This document shows positions 10,501 through 20,647 of a stretch of DNA of 52,547 nucleotides, piece after piece; position 1 is the stretch's first letter, and every line of letters begins with the position of its first letter. A model generated the notes under the pieces. That model was not told where the DNA came from. It did not search any database and worked only from the letters and a program-made list of their open reading frames with translations. The position numbers and the translations under genes were made by a program. Origin of the DNA: a virus (lineage: Duplodnaviria; Caudoviricetes); IMG/VR virus record IMGVR_UViG_3300032224_000653, positions 1 to 52,547 of that record. One strand, 5' to 3'.

Positions 10501-10879
10501 CAATGTTCCTCATTTTCAGGGCGCTCAATTTCCAGGATACGAGCCAAAGCGTTACGCTGATGGTGGTGATGTAGAAGAACACAACCCACAGTTTTATAGT
10601 GTTGGTGGCCTGAACTCTATGGAAAACACCTACGTGCAAGGCGAAGGCGATGGCACTAGCGATAGCGTACCGGCGATGCTTGCCGATGGTGAGTTTGTTA
10701 TTCCCGCAGATGTGGTATCTAAGCTAGGCAACGGCAGCAACAACGCAGGCGCTAAGGTACTAGACGGCTTTCTGTCTTCGATCCGCACACATGCACAAGA
10801 TCACGACCCCAAAAAATTACCGCCCGAAAGCAAGGGCCCCCTCGCATATTTATTAGACGCAAAACGTAAGGTAGGCTAA
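7553..10879 (+). CDS. Large ejection/internal virion protein with two N-terminal DUF4214-like repeats
   Basis: Two LY..xLGRAPD..G repeats, hydrophobic Gly/Ala middle, Gly-Thr tract, C-terminal GDGTSDSVPAMLADGEFVIPA. Confidence 0.65.
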   Translation: MPYDDNGNWSQDPEPSIDAGAVVTQMYEAILGRAPDAGGYQAFVDAINSGVPISQLTQSMANSQEAQNHIASGQGPSQEQIQNVVQQASSDPGTFVQQASTNQANKDYVTALYQAVLGRAPDAQGLQDNLNALANGSITPQQLAQSFASSPEAGSNKIPAAQEKQMAQSLAESYGKPESHSIDTRSGDWSGVTPTQLVKAGITNPAILKAAAEGNLNDNIFGAYKVDANQVANALNSGSSVPTDVAKTVNDATTNSFTPNGKVIGTKMANAQGTQAVYYFSDGSTALVNKDGSIDHITPPVSNYKQQAGSMAYADNPGYTMFNGQLVKVETPTLQWDPSVGKVAQSDSGIPKVYDPGPQGGGPGPLGWVSGNLANFDKGVSTTVPGGWTTLGLIAASALSAGTLAPMASSLGGAILGSATATGATTLGTALIGSATSALMAGISGGDVGKAALMGAIGGAIGANSIDIANGLVGADTIKTIADATGQTQAQIANLITNSVSSGVSAAAAGKGDIATIIANNLASTAVGNYTGNIMRNLDSDLMSKVAGSVSTIARVGTTAALNNKDPQQAITNSMGQIIGNMVSQNLIQPGINTVKDAIKNDNTTTPAEKTDAQKNAQLVDDGFKQIVQQFAQSTGTNITPEEIDKYIATAGAKDLPQYYPTAQTVTVTQVPDTITDVGLTNPLVKKDTTTPALTPEEIAQQDAEVAAADKAVAAKEAANVAINPNQTQLDKLWQDYTSGLKGNGGTSPTYSLDALQGTNFLNTPGTGTGTSTTAGPGTGAGGTGDGTGGGGTGAGGGSGTGTVTGGPGTTVSGNIKKVTQLPGTIKQTTSTTNTPITGTIPSIFGATDIKDLTPGLTKGSAFKFANEPTFSEQVTPVPQTQPYDYSGQILNAATGGSTNTANTIEDLKAGLVKGTPFSLANQPKFISALTQVPTQNPTDYTQQILNAAQGGLIQGYAAGDSVENPYEIPMLSGKTWRGRQLGNVPHFQGAQFPGYEPKRYADGGDVEEHNPQFYSVGGLNSMENTYVQGEGDGTSDSVPAMLADGEFVIPADVVSKLGNGSNNAGAKVLDGFLSSIRTHAQDHDPKKLPPESKGPLAYLLDAKRKVG

Positions 10880-10881
10880 TC

Positions 10882-11931
10882 ATGGCTGGATTAAATAATT
10901 TATTATCCGATTCACAACAAACAACAACAACGCTGCCGTCGTGGTACGATACCGCGCAGCAGAACATTGTAAACCAGGGACAGCAGGCCTTTACTTCTGC
11001 GCCACAGTTTAGTCAAACTACTGGGCAACAGGCGGTAAATACTTTACAAGGCCCGTCTAATCCGTTTACACAGGCCCAAGGAACTCTACAACAGATCTCA
11101 TCTGGCGCCGCTAATCCATGGATCACTGATGCCTCTGGTAACGTAACTCCAGACACCAGCACCGCCATGGGTGGTTTGTTCAAGGCCCAGCAGCAACAGT
11201 TAAATCAATTGATGCCTAACTACACGGCCCCCGTAGAGGGCGCCAACATTGCCTCCGGTAACTTTGGCAGCCTGCGTGGTCAGACTGCGGTAGACAAGGC
11301 CAAGGCCGATGCGTTTACTAACCTTAACGCACAACAACTACAGGCCGCGTTGACTAACCAACAGACTGGCTCTACCGCCGCTGCTAACTTAGGCAACGTA
11401 GGCCAGCAAGGTATTAGCGCCGCGATGAACGTTGGTACAGCACAACAAAATGCTCCATACCAAAATATTGGTAACCTGGCCTCATTGCTTGGTACTATCC
11501 AGGCCCCTACCACAGTCACAAGCCAAAAACAATTATCTCCATTGGGTCAGGCGACCGCTTTGGGTGGCGCTGTTCAGGGTGGTCTATCTGCGCTGTACGC
11601 TACTCAGTCTGGAAAACAATTGCTCGACTCGCTAAATCTCTCTGGTTTAGTTAAGGGAGGCACAGCAACTATTGGTGGCGGAAGCAGTGGAAACCCCGCT
11701 GGAACTTACCAGCTTCAAGGTGGAGGTTCTTTGCAAATTAATTCAGATGGTAGTCAAACTATTATTGGTGCAGATGGTAGTCGTCAATACTATGATGCTC
11801 AAGGTAACCCAACCACGGTTGCCCAAGATTTGCAAAATCAAAACATCATTCCGGCCGGTGACCCCAATTATAATTTAAGTGGTGGTGATACATCGTCAAT
11901 TGACAATACCGACTGGACAGCAACGGAATAA
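10882..11931 (+). CDS. Putative DNA ejection/pilot protein
   Basis: Gln/Ala/Gly-rich low-complexity protein with TTTLPSW and GNFGSLR; synteny. Confidence 0.55.
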   Translation: MAGLNNLLSDSQQTTTTLPSWYDTAQQNIVNQGQQAFTSAPQFSQTTGQQAVNTLQGPSNPFTQAQGTLQQISSGAANPWITDASGNVTPDTSTAMGGLFKAQQQQLNQLMPNYTAPVEGANIASGNFGSLRGQTAVDKAKADAFTNLNAQQLQAALTNQQTGSTAAANLGNVGQQGISAAMNVGTAQQNAPYQNIGNLASLLGTIQAPTTVTSQKQLSPLGQATALGGAVQGGLSALYATQSGKQLLDSLNLSGLVKGGTATIGGGSSGNPAGTYQLQGGGSLQINSDGSQTIIGADGSRQYYDAQGNPTTVAQDLQNQNIIPAGDPNYNLSGGDTSSIDNTDWTATE

Positions 11932-11943
11932 TAAGGTAAAAAT

Positions 11944-13866
11944 ATGGCAGGCTTAGACAGCATTAAAGGCTTTGATGAGGGTGGCACAACCACCGACGCC
12001 GGCACAGTATCGGTAAAGGCGCCACAAACAAAAGGTGGACTAAGTCTACAGGGCAATATCGCCCTAGATCCTACTCAGACAGAATCTATTTTAGCTAACA
12101 TGCAGCGCATTATTGAAGAGCGTGAGAGCCCGTTAAGTAAACTTATGGGTGGTCTTAAGGACGCCTACGCCACGACCTATGGGCCGTCTGCTATGGTCAC
12201 CCGTGATCGTGAAAGAGGGCTACAAGAAAAAGAGACGATGGACTATCGTACTCAGATGGCCGGCTATCGTGCCGCTCAGGCACAGGCCGCTGACCAAGCT
12301 AAACGTTACGCATCAATGACCCCAGGTGGTGCGGGTGGTGTTGGCGGCGCAGGCGGCGCAATGGACCCGACTGGTGTTTTAATTCCTCAGTCACAACTAG
12401 ACAGAGAGGCGACCTTTGGTACCTCTGCTGAAAAACTAGCGGCCCGTCAAGACTTTCTAAAGACAATTACCAACGAGGGAATTAAGAAACAAAATGCTCC
12501 TGGTATGGCTGATGTGGTTGACATCTATGTCAACGGCGCCCCTCAGCAAATGACTAAGGCCATGGCTGAGAAATATTTAAGCAAAGATCCTAACCTAAAG
12601 GCTATTGTAAATGGCCAACCAGTTCCTGCGGCTCAGGTTCTTGGTGCCGCTCCTGCAAAAGTAGCAATGCCAAAGACTGATGTTCCACTAGAGGGGCTAC
12701 CAACGCCCTTCTATGCACAAGAGAGCTCCTCCGGTAAAATAGACACAAGCAAGCCGGGTGTTCAGGGTGCACAGGGACCTATGCAGGTCACCAAGGATAC
12801 CTTTGATACATATAAGTCCAAGGGAATCATTCCTAAAGATTATGACCTCAACGATCCAGGTCAGGCATACGCATCGGGCATTTTGATTTTAAATGACCTG
12901 CATAAAAAGCATGGTCAAGATATTAACAAGGTCGCCGCTGAATACTTTGGTGGCCCTGGTGCCATTAACGCGGACGGCACCATCAATGTAGGTCGTGCCG
13001 ATGCAAGTGGTAAGACCATCGGATCTTATGTAAACGATATTCGTAAGCGTATGAACCTGCCGCCGGTTGAGATGGCCACCGCACAGGCCGAGGCCGCCCC
13101 AACAACTACAACCGCAGCAGCTCCATCAACACGCGCTGAGTACGAAAGACAACAAAAAGAACAGACGGCAATTACTGAGTCGCGTGTTAAAGAAGGCGAG
13201 GCTAAGAGGGGCGACATACTGTCTGCCCGTGAGCAGTCTATCGAGACAGGTAACGCACTTAACCGTATTGAGTCTACGCTCAATACACCAGAGGGTGTTA
13301 AGGCGGTTGGTGTGTTTGCCAAGCCTGGTGTTATCTCTATGTTTGGTAAGATTCTACAAAACGGTATTCAGGCCGGTAACTTTGGTGCCGTGTCGTTTAA
13401 AGACTTAGACGAGGCTATTCGTGTCGGTGGTGGTGATCAGAAGACTATTGACGCCGCACAAAAACTGGCACGTGACTTTGCCCAGATGCAGTTAAACATT
13501 GCCAAGCGTGACCTCAAAGGTCAAGGCGCGGTGTCTGATAACGAGCGTGCGATTGTTGCTAAGGTAACCGGAAGCACCGCCAACTCACCTGAGGTATTAA
13601 AAGACTTCGTGCGCTGGAATAAGACACGTAACGACTTTGATAAACAGGTTGGTGACGCGCTACAGACTTGGGAACAGAAAAATCCAAATCAGTCGTTTAC
13701 TAAATTTAAAGAGACTGACACCTACAAAAACTTGGAAAATAATTATATTGACAAGACAAATAAAATGGCCGCCAAGATGGGACTCACAGGCGCCGGCGCC
13801 CCTAAGGGCGTAGACAAGACAGACGAGTATTTAAAACAATATCTTAAACCTAAGGGTACTGTATAA
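11944..13866 (+). CDS. Ejection protein with lytic transglycosylase (SLT) domain
   Basis: AQESS catalytic Glu, GAQGPMQ and AAEYFGGPG correspond to SLT motifs I-III. Confidence 0.75.
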   Translation: MAGLDSIKGFDEGGTTTDAGTVSVKAPQTKGGLSLQGNIALDPTQTESILANMQRIIEERESPLSKLMGGLKDAYATTYGPSAMVTRDRERGLQEKETMDYRTQMAGYRAAQAQAADQAKRYASMTPGGAGGVGGAGGAMDPTGVLIPQSQLDREATFGTSAEKLAARQDFLKTITNEGIKKQNAPGMADVVDIYVNGAPQQMTKAMAEKYLSKDPNLKAIVNGQPVPAAQVLGAAPAKVAMPKTDVPLEGLPTPFYAQESSSGKIDTSKPGVQGAQGPMQVTKDTFDTYKSKGIIPKDYDLNDPGQAYASGILILNDLHKKHGQDINKVAAEYFGGPGAINADGTINVGRADASGKTIGSYVNDIRKRMNLPPVEMATAQAEAAPTTTTAAAPSTRAEYERQQKEQTAITESRVKEGEAKRGDILSAREQSIETGNALNRIESTLNTPEGVKAVGVFAKPGVISMFGKILQNGIQAGNFGAVSFKDLDEAIRVGGGDQKTIDAAQKLARDFAQMQLNIAKRDLKGQGAVSDNERAIVAKVTGSTANSPEVLKDFVRWNKTRNDFDKQVGDALQTWEQKNPNQSFTKFKETDTYKNLENNYIDKTNKMAAKMGLTGAGAPKGVDKTDEYLKQYLKPKGTV

Positions 13867-16172
13867 TGGATGGCTTTTTAGAAGACCAGCTGGCTGACGC
13901 CAAAGAGGCGTTTAAGAACGCACATGAGTCCGGCAACAAAGAGGCTGCACAGGCCTTGGCCCAACGTGTGTTTGAGTTAGAGACAAGGGTAGGCGAGCTT
14001 AAAAAAGCTGAGCAAGAATCTACAACTAACCAAACTGGTTGGAAGAGCCCGGCGGCTGCTGCGGCTGTTGGTGCAACCATCGGCGCCGTAACTAACCCAA
14101 TACGCGGCGCTGTACATGACGTCATTACCCCGAGCAAGCCTAAGGCCGCTCCGGTATCTGCCGGTCCAGCCCCAGATACATTTGGTGGTCAGGACTGGAC
14201 TAAGGCACTAACCGGCGTTGATGTCCCTGGCGCACAGATGAACAAGTCAAGCCTTGACGTTGGTCAGCGCATGGCCGAGACTGTCGGGCGCAATGGTCCT
14301 TTGGCCGGCGGCACTATCTCCCCTGGTGGTATTATGATGGGGCCTGAGCTAGGCGCCAAGACACCAGTCGCCCCAACACCGACAACGGCACAAAGAACTG
14401 CCCAGACAGGCAAAAATCTTTTAGAGGGTTTTGTTGCTGATCATCAACCGACGCGTCCGATGGACATCGTTAAGGGCGGCACACGTGGCGCGCTAACCGG
14501 TGCGGCGTTGGCCGATGTACCACAACAAGTAGCGCAGGGTAACTATGGCACCGCGGCCTCTGATGTCGGGATTGCCAGTGGAAATATTTTACATGGACTT
14601 GCAAGAACCCCTAAGGGTAAGGCGCTAGGTGCGTTACTTGGTCTAGGCTCTGGTACGACTAGAATGTACCAGGGTATGAATGAATTAATGCCCCCTGAAC
14701 AAAAAGCTCAGGGTGGTTTGGTTGGTATGGCTGGTGGTGGATCATTAACTAACGCGCTAACACAGACGGCAATTAATGCCCCGTTTATTGCCCCCACAGG
14801 CGCGGGCATTGCAAAGAACGTCGCCAAGGGCGCCTATGCCCCGGCTATTGAAGACGCCGCTGGTTTGGCGTTGGCGATGGCCCCACTAAATCCATTGACG
14901 GCGGCAATGAGCATGATGGCCCCTGGTGAGGCCGGCGCTGGATCTACAGCAGATGAATGGCATGCTAGAAAATCTGCAGAAAAAGCGGCTATGGAAAAAG
15001 CACAACGCCAGTATGAGCATGAGCAATTTATGCGTAATAAAGTTGGTGCCAATGCCCCTAAATTTTTAGAGCAGTACCAAGCTAAAATACGTGGCTTTGC
15101 CCCTGGAGGTAAAGTATTAAAGTTGTGGGAAAAGTATGGATATGACCCCGCAAAGATTGCACAAGACTACCCGCAGACACTGCATCCAAAATTGGCATTT
15201 GATGATGAAAAGCAAAAGTTCTTTGCACAAAAAGTAAATTCACCTGAGGCTGAGGCTGTACAAAAAGCTAGAAAAGCGGCACAGGCACAAATTAATAAAG
15301 GTGACTATGAGCCTTTCTTTGATATAAACAAACGTCACTATGTAGATTCAAGCCTGTATCCTTTGCCGGACAGAACAAGTGAGTTGGCCTTGCCAAAGAC
15401 TTCTAAGTCAATGGAAAAATATATTGCCGAGTCACAAAACCCAGCCGCGCTACAAAAGTGGCGTGAGGGATTTGAAAAGGGTAATCAAAGCCCAGACGCA
15501 AAAGATTGGTACGCGATGGGTCAATTGCATGATGAGTTTGTTAGAGAGTTAGGCCCAGATGAGGGCATCAAACAATTTAAGGCTCGCTTTGCTGATCCTA
15601 TGGGCGCAACCACCGGCGGCTCTAATCCAACATCAAATTTAATGACCGCGGCATACGCAAACTTTATGAAGCAAAAAGGTTTGACTGTTCCTGAAAATAC
15701 TTTTGAGGTACCGTTCCCGATTGGTGGTCGTTACTTAGATAGTAATTTGGCCCAGGCCCGTAAGCTGCATCAGGCTGGTACGCTGACTGTGGATACACCA
15801 AAACGTTATAACTTCTCGGCAGATTTCTTAGGTCACAAAGATCGTCCTACACTAGATGAGCAGATGATGAGCTCATACGGTAAGACTGCGCCCGAAGATA
15901 TTGCCTATGGTCTGTACGAAAAAGAGCTAAACAAGTTAGCTAAAGAGTATGGTGTTGATCCAATTAACTTCCAAGACGTTACTTGGGCCGGTCTGAAAGA
16001 CTACCCAGGTAAGGCCATGATGCAAGAGATCAACGAGATGCTTGCACGCACAAGTAAAATTACAGGCGATTCTCAAAAAGATGTATTAAAAGGTTTTATC
16101 CGTGCCGATAAGCCAATGTATAGCGTTGCCGGATTGGGTGGTCTTACACAATTACCAGAAAACGAAGAGTAG
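13866..16172 (+). CDS. Internal virion/ejection protein with a C-terminal globular domain (possibly HhH-GPD glycosylase-like)
   Basis: Low-complexity N-half, xxxGG motifs, then DWY...PKRYNF...PTLDEQM...FQDVTW; fold call is tentative. Confidence 0.5.
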   Translation: MDGFLEDQLADAKEAFKNAHESGNKEAAQALAQRVFELETRVGELKKAEQESTTNQTGWKSPAAAAAVGATIGAVTNPIRGAVHDVITPSKPKAAPVSAGPAPDTFGGQDWTKALTGVDVPGAQMNKSSLDVGQRMAETVGRNGPLAGGTISPGGIMMGPELGAKTPVAPTPTTAQRTAQTGKNLLEGFVADHQPTRPMDIVKGGTRGALTGAALADVPQQVAQGNYGTAASDVGIASGNILHGLARTPKGKALGALLGLGSGTTRMYQGMNELMPPEQKAQGGLVGMAGGGSLTNALTQTAINAPFIAPTGAGIAKNVAKGAYAPAIEDAAGLALAMAPLNPLTAAMSMMAPGEAGAGSTADEWHARKSAEKAAMEKAQRQYEHEQFMRNKVGANAPKFLEQYQAKIRGFAPGGKVLKLWEKYGYDPAKIAQDYPQTLHPKLAFDDEKQKFFAQKVNSPEAEAVQKARKAAQAQINKGDYEPFFDINKRHYVDSSLYPLPDRTSELALPKTSKSMEKYIAESQNPAALQKWREGFEKGNQSPDAKDWYAMGQLHDEFVRELGPDEGIKQFKARFADPMGATTGGSNPTSNLMTAAYANFMKQKGLTVPENTFEVPFPIGGRYLDSNLAQARKLHQAGTLTVDTPKRYNFSADFLGHKDRPTLDEQMMSSYGKTAPEDIAYGLYEKELNKLAKEYGVDPINFQDVTWAGLKDYPGKAMMQEINEMLARTSKITGDSQKDVLKGFIRADKPMYSVAGLGGLTQLPENEE

Positions 16173-16176
16173 TAGT

Positions 16177-18630
16177 ATGCCAAGAAAACTACCGACTGTG
16201 CCCACCCTGGCAGAGATGAAGGCATTCCTTGATCGTGCTAAAGGATACAAGGAGCAGTTTACCACAGGCTTTTATCATAGCAGCCCAGCTAATAACATTA
16301 AAGAGTTTGATCCTACCAAGTCATCTAAGGATCCGATGTATATTACGCCACAGGCTACATTTGCAACCAGGGATCCTGAATTTTCTGAATCATTTTTGTC
16401 TATGAACAACAATGGCAAAATTAAATCTGGTTCTACAATGTACCCAGTGAGTATTAACTTAGGTCAACACTGGAACCCAAACACACCAGAGGGTCAGCAA
16501 CTTATTTCTGATTTTATTCAAAAATATCCAAAGCGTGTTAACCTTGAAAAGAATTTAAAACGTGGTGACTGGACCGCAGTAGAAAACGCAGACTTTATGC
16601 GTCACTTGCAAGATACTGGCCATGACACCTTCCATGTAATGGAGGGTGGTGTTCCTAACGTGGGTGTGTTTCAACCACAAAACATCCGTGGTAAGTTTGC
16701 AGACTACAACCCAGACGAGGCAATGAGCCCCGACTTTATGAAGGCCGAGGGTGGTTTAATCCACATGGCACCGGGCGGTAAAGTTCCTGAGGCGGTTGTT
16801 AAGGCATATAAGTTATTTAGAACCAAGCCAAACGATCCAGAGACGCTCTATCCGCTGTTTGTTAACGCCAATAAGCCCGTACCCATGAACGAGTGGGTTA
16901 ACGCCGAGGTGGGGCCTGTAGCGGCCTCTGGTAAGGTAAAATCAAAGCTAGGTGAGTTGGCATACCGTCCAGGTTGGCACGCAGGTGATTTACCTATCGC
17001 GACACACATTGGTGGTAAGTCTGATCCTACATTAAAGGCGCCAGACTACCGTAGACCTGATGAGGTTTGGGCCGAGGTTGAGATGCCTAACGATGTTGAC
17101 TGGCAGACAATTGCCAATCAACGTGCCCAAACAAATAAGGCTGGTAAAGTTATTCCCCGCACCGCCCATATTACCGATCAAGTTCCAGAGGGTGGTCATT
17201 ACCGATATAAGACCAGTCCCAATATGGAGGGCAACTGGCTTATTGGTGGCAACATGAAGGTCAATAGAATTTTGACTAACGAAGAGGTGCAGGCTATTAA
17301 CGAGGCCGCTGGTATGGCAGACCTGCCACGCTTTACACCACTGCCAGGTAAAGCTGACGGTGGCTCTATTGGACACTTTCAAGTTGGTGGTAAAATTGGT
17401 TTGGCGTTAGACCTTGCCAAAAAAATTGCACCTAAATTTGATATAAACGCTGTTCAAAACATGCCGGTTGGTTCTGCGGCAAAGCAGGTGCCGGTGGCAA
17501 GGGCATTCCAAATGCTGTCATCTGAAAATGTTGACCCCGCAGTTAAAGCTAAAATATTCAAAGATTACATCACCAAGCATCCTGACTTAATTAGAAAATC
17601 TGGCGCCACAAATTACGATGAGCTTACACAGGCGGCGTATCAACAGATGGTAAAAGAAACAAAAGATCAGTACGATGTTATGACCGGCGCAGGCATCAAG
17701 CTAGACTTTGATCCAACCGGATCTAAGGGATACAAAAGCTCAGCCGAGATGTTAAAAGACGCCGGACAAAATAAACACCTTACCGTCTTCCAGGGTGGTG
17801 ATCCACATCCGTTTGTACCACAAGAATCTAACGAACAGTTTAGGGCCGTACATGATTATTTTGGTCATGGCACCAGCGGGGCATCGTTTGGTCCTAAGGG
17901 TGAAGAGTTGGCCTACGGTGCGCACTCACAAATGTACTCACCACTGGCCAGGCTTGCCGCCGCAACAGAGACCCGAGGTCAAAACTCTTTTGTTAATTAC
18001 TCTGGAATAAATGACGAGCTCATTAAAAAGATGAACGAGGCCCGCGCCAAAGGAGCCTCACCAGAGGAGCTACAACAACTTGGTCAGCAATGGCAATACG
18101 CCCCACAAAAGGGTTTGATCTTGCCATCGGAGCAGGTTGATATTAACTACAAGGGATACTCCGCCGGTGGTGAGATTATCAAACAGGCGCTGCAGCACGC
18201 CAAGTCTGTGCCGTTTGTACACTTCTCCAAATCATCTAATATCTCACGTCTAGAGCCCGCCATGTACGGCACAGGTATTAGGGGCGCCGAGGGTGTGCGG
18301 CTACAAGACGCGCCAGACATTCGCCCACGTTCGTACTTTTATACTGACAGGCCAGATGTTCGCCCAGAGCAAGGACTTGGCTCACACAAATACAGCGGGG
18401 TATCCGAGCTAAGCTATCCTCTGCATGAGGACCCCGCTGGATTTTATAAGTTGGCCAAGGAGCTGGCCAAGGACCAATACTTTGCTAAGCAGGGTAAAGA
18501 AATTGTTGATCAGCCTAAAATGCTTAACGAAGTAGAGCGCGCAATTAAAAAAGCGGGCTACACAGGATACCATACTGATGATGCAGGCATCCTGTTTAAC
18601 CCGACTGAAGTTAAAAAAATTACAGAGTAA
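16177..18630 (+). CDS. Polyvalent multi-domain protein (ART-like and zincin-like domains)
   Basis: ATG 16177 is the likely start; FYHSS..IKEFDP...FATRDPEFS (ART-like), RAVHDYFGH (HExxH variant), FVHFS...RSYFY (second ART-like). Confidence 0.6.
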   Translation: MPRKLPTVPTLAEMKAFLDRAKGYKEQFTTGFYHSSPANNIKEFDPTKSSKDPMYITPQATFATRDPEFSESFLSMNNNGKIKSGSTMYPVSINLGQHWNPNTPEGQQLISDFIQKYPKRVNLEKNLKRGDWTAVENADFMRHLQDTGHDTFHVMEGGVPNVGVFQPQNIRGKFADYNPDEAMSPDFMKAEGGLIHMAPGGKVPEAVVKAYKLFRTKPNDPETLYPLFVNANKPVPMNEWVNAEVGPVAASGKVKSKLGELAYRPGWHAGDLPIATHIGGKSDPTLKAPDYRRPDEVWAEVEMPNDVDWQTIANQRAQTNKAGKVIPRTAHITDQVPEGGHYRYKTSPNMEGNWLIGGNMKVNRILTNEEVQAINEAAGMADLPRFTPLPGKADGGSIGHFQVGGKIGLALDLAKKIAPKFDINAVQNMPVGSAAKQVPVARAFQMLSSENVDPAVKAKIFKDYITKHPDLIRKSGATNYDELTQAAYQQMVKETKDQYDVMTGAGIKLDFDPTGSKGYKSSAEMLKDAGQNKHLTVFQGGDPHPFVPQESNEQFRAVHDYFGHGTSGASFGPKGEELAYGAHSQMYSPLARLAAATETRGQNSFVNYSGINDELIKKMNEARAKGASPEELQQLGQQWQYAPQKGLILPSEQVDINYKGYSAGGEIIKQALQHAKSVPFVHFSKSSNISRLEPAMYGTGIRGAEGVRLQDAPDIRPRSYFYTDRPDVRPEQGLGSHKYSGVSELSYPLHEDPAGFYKLAKELAKDQYFAKQGKEIVDQPKMLNEVERAIKKAGYTGYHTDDAGILFNPTEVKKITE

Positions 18631-20553
18631 TTACTTACGGTAACGCTTGCCGTGCCAGCCCTCCGCTGCAAGAGGAAAGTCAGGAGCCCACGTTGGTGGC
18701 TGTACCATAATCTTGGTAACGTCGGCCAATGCGGACTCCCCGCTTTGTTCTTCTACTAGGAGTAGCACCTCATCATGGATACTGTTGATCACCTCGTAAC
18801 CGGCTTTCTCAAGGTTAAGCATAGCCACGGCAAGACAATCTCTTGCGGTGCCCTGTACGGCGGACTGAAAGAGAGAGCTACCAATCAAGGCGTTTCTGCC
18901 CCACTGCCGGGTGTAAGTGTTCTGGCTGTGGACGGTAACGCCGAGCTTTTGACTGCCCCAAGGAGTGGTGAGCAGCTCGAGCTGTGGCCGCTGCCAGCAG
19001 ATGAGTCTGCCTGATGGTAGTTGCATCCACAGAGCATTCTTGGCAACCTTTAAAACCAGTCTATCACCGGCGCGAAACGGGTTGCCGGGATTCTCTACTG
19101 CCTGAATCGCAGCGCCCTCGCACTTCGCCCATAGCTCCTTTACCCGCGCATAGGAGGTGCGATAATTATCTACTGCGTTCTTTGCCTGTCCTTCTGATAG
19201 CGTGACGCCCATCCCCTCAGCATACTTAACCAACCCTTTGGCACCTTGGCCAAACATCGCACCAAGGACCGCAGACTTGCTAATCTGGCGTTGTTCCTTC
19301 GTGACCTCATCATAGCTGATTCTATACAAGCTCTCTGCAGCGAAGACCTTATACTCATCTAATCCTTTCCGGAACAATTCCACCTTATCTTTTTGCCCAG
19401 CCAAGTAGACGCCAACTCGGTTTTCAATTGAGCTAAAGTCCACATCGACAAAAGTCTTTCCCTCTGGTGCCTTGATTGCCGAACGAACCAAAGACGACAG
19501 TTGATCCATTCCACCTTTGCCTTGATCAAACACAATCGGAATTGCAATTTCAATTTCAGCATCCTCAATGGTAGGACGTGCAATATTTTGTAAATTAAGA
19601 CCACCACGGCTGGCCCAACGACCGGTACTTGCGCCATGGTAAACAAGAGTGTTACGAATCCGTCCCTCACGTTGTATCTCCATCATCTTAGCGTACTTAG
19701 CCACGCTAGTCTGGCTTCCCTCCTGTCTTAACTCCAACGCACGCCTAATATCTCTATCTAAGTTAGTGTCCACTAACTTAGCTGAGACGGTCTCGGCGGT
19801 CAAATCTTTTAGACCGGCGCCCTTCTCATTTAACCAGGCCAGTAATTTAGCCCTCTCTGAGGGCCTACAACCGGTCAGGAAGAGCAGTTCGTTGTCCAGT
19901 AGGGCCTGGGCCTCATCGACGGCCTTAACGGCGCTCCTGAGCTCTTCTGGGGCCACTGGGACGCCTCTTAGGTTGATCCGCTGGGTGAGCTCCCAGACCT
20001 GCTGCTCGAGGTCGCTAAGGGGCCTTAAATTGGCCACAATCGACATCTCTGTGCGTACGTCCTGTGCGCAATAATCAAACAGCTCCCGCATCAGCTCAGG
20101 GTCATTATTAAAGACGCCCTTGCTGGTGGGCCTGGATAGCTTTTGAATCAGGCGCTTACCTACGGCGTCTTTCTTGTGCTCAGAATCCATAAAGTTACCG
20201 GCCTCATCCAGGCTCTGTGGGACGTTGTTAGCCGCGGCGATAGCCATGGAGTCAATCACCTGCTCCAGTTTTAAGACAGGCCAGCCGTACTTAGGCACAC
20301 AGACGCAGTTCCAGATGGCGTACTCGAACATGGCGTTCCATGCCTGGATTTTGCCACCACCACGAACATAGGCTAGTAGATCGTTTAGATCCAAGTTAGC
20401 TGTTGGGCGTGGTACTGTTACTTTTACATTGTCGGGAGTTGTGCCAAACGCAATACACAAGACATCTGTTGATAGACAGTTTGCGTACTTGTCGAGTCCG
20501 ACATCTGGCAGGTTGGCAAAGCTACGTGTCTCAAAGTCAATGCTATAAATCAT
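18631..20553 (-). CDS. Family A DNA polymerase with 3'-5' exonuclease (APSE/SPO2-like)
   Basis: IDFET ExoI, AWNAMFE ExoII, STGRWAS, DFSSIENR motif A, RQISKSAVLGAMFG motif B, IHDEV motif C. Confidence 0.95.
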   Translation of the reverse strand: MIYSIDFETRSFANLPDVGLDKYANCLSTDVLCIAFGTTPDNVKVTVPRPTANLDLNDLLAYVRGGGKIQAWNAMFEYAIWNCVCVPKYGWPVLKLEQVIDSMAIAAANNVPQSLDEAGNFMDSEHKKDAVGKRLIQKLSRPTSKGVFNNDPELMRELFDYCAQDVRTEMSIVANLRPLSDLEQQVWELTQRINLRGVPVAPEELRSAVKAVDEAQALLDNELLFLTGCRPSERAKLLAWLNEKGAGLKDLTAETVSAKLVDTNLDRDIRRALELRQEGSQTSVAKYAKMMEIQREGRIRNTLVYHGASTGRWASRGGLNLQNIARPTIEDAEIEIAIPIVFDQGKGGMDQLSSLVRSAIKAPEGKTFVDVDFSSIENRVGVYLAGQKDKVELFRKGLDEYKVFAAESLYRISYDEVTKEQRQISKSAVLGAMFGQGAKGLVKYAEGMGVTLSEGQAKNAVDNYRTSYARVKELWAKCEGAAIQAVENPGNPFRAGDRLVLKVAKNALWMQLPSGRLICWQRPQLELLTTPWGSQKLGVTVHSQNTYTRQWGRNALIGSSLFQSAVQGTARDCLAVAMLNLEKAGYEVINSIHDEVLLLVEEQSGESALADVTKIMVQPPTWAPDFPLAAEGWHGKRYRK

Positions 20554-20591
20554 AAGTGCTCCTTAGGCAAAGCAGACGTATCTGCAGACAT

Positions 20592-20603
20592 ACTAATACG
20601 CAA
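20592..20603 (-). promoter_or_regulatory. Phage promoter TTGCGTATTAGT upstream of DNA polymerase
   Basis: ACTAATACGCAA on the plus strand. Confidence 0.75.
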
Positions 20604-20625
20604 AAAAGGGGAGCCGAGGCTCCCC
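20602..20625 (-). terminator. Intrinsic terminator after the RNR operon
   Basis: Minus strand GGGGAGCC-TC-GGCTCCCC followed by T6. Confidence 0.75.
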
Positions 20626-20647
20626 AAGTCACCACCATGTGAAATTG

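Noticed and set aside
18628-18633. Convergent stop codons abutting with no terminator
   Set aside because: Only reflects genome compaction; no further structure seen.
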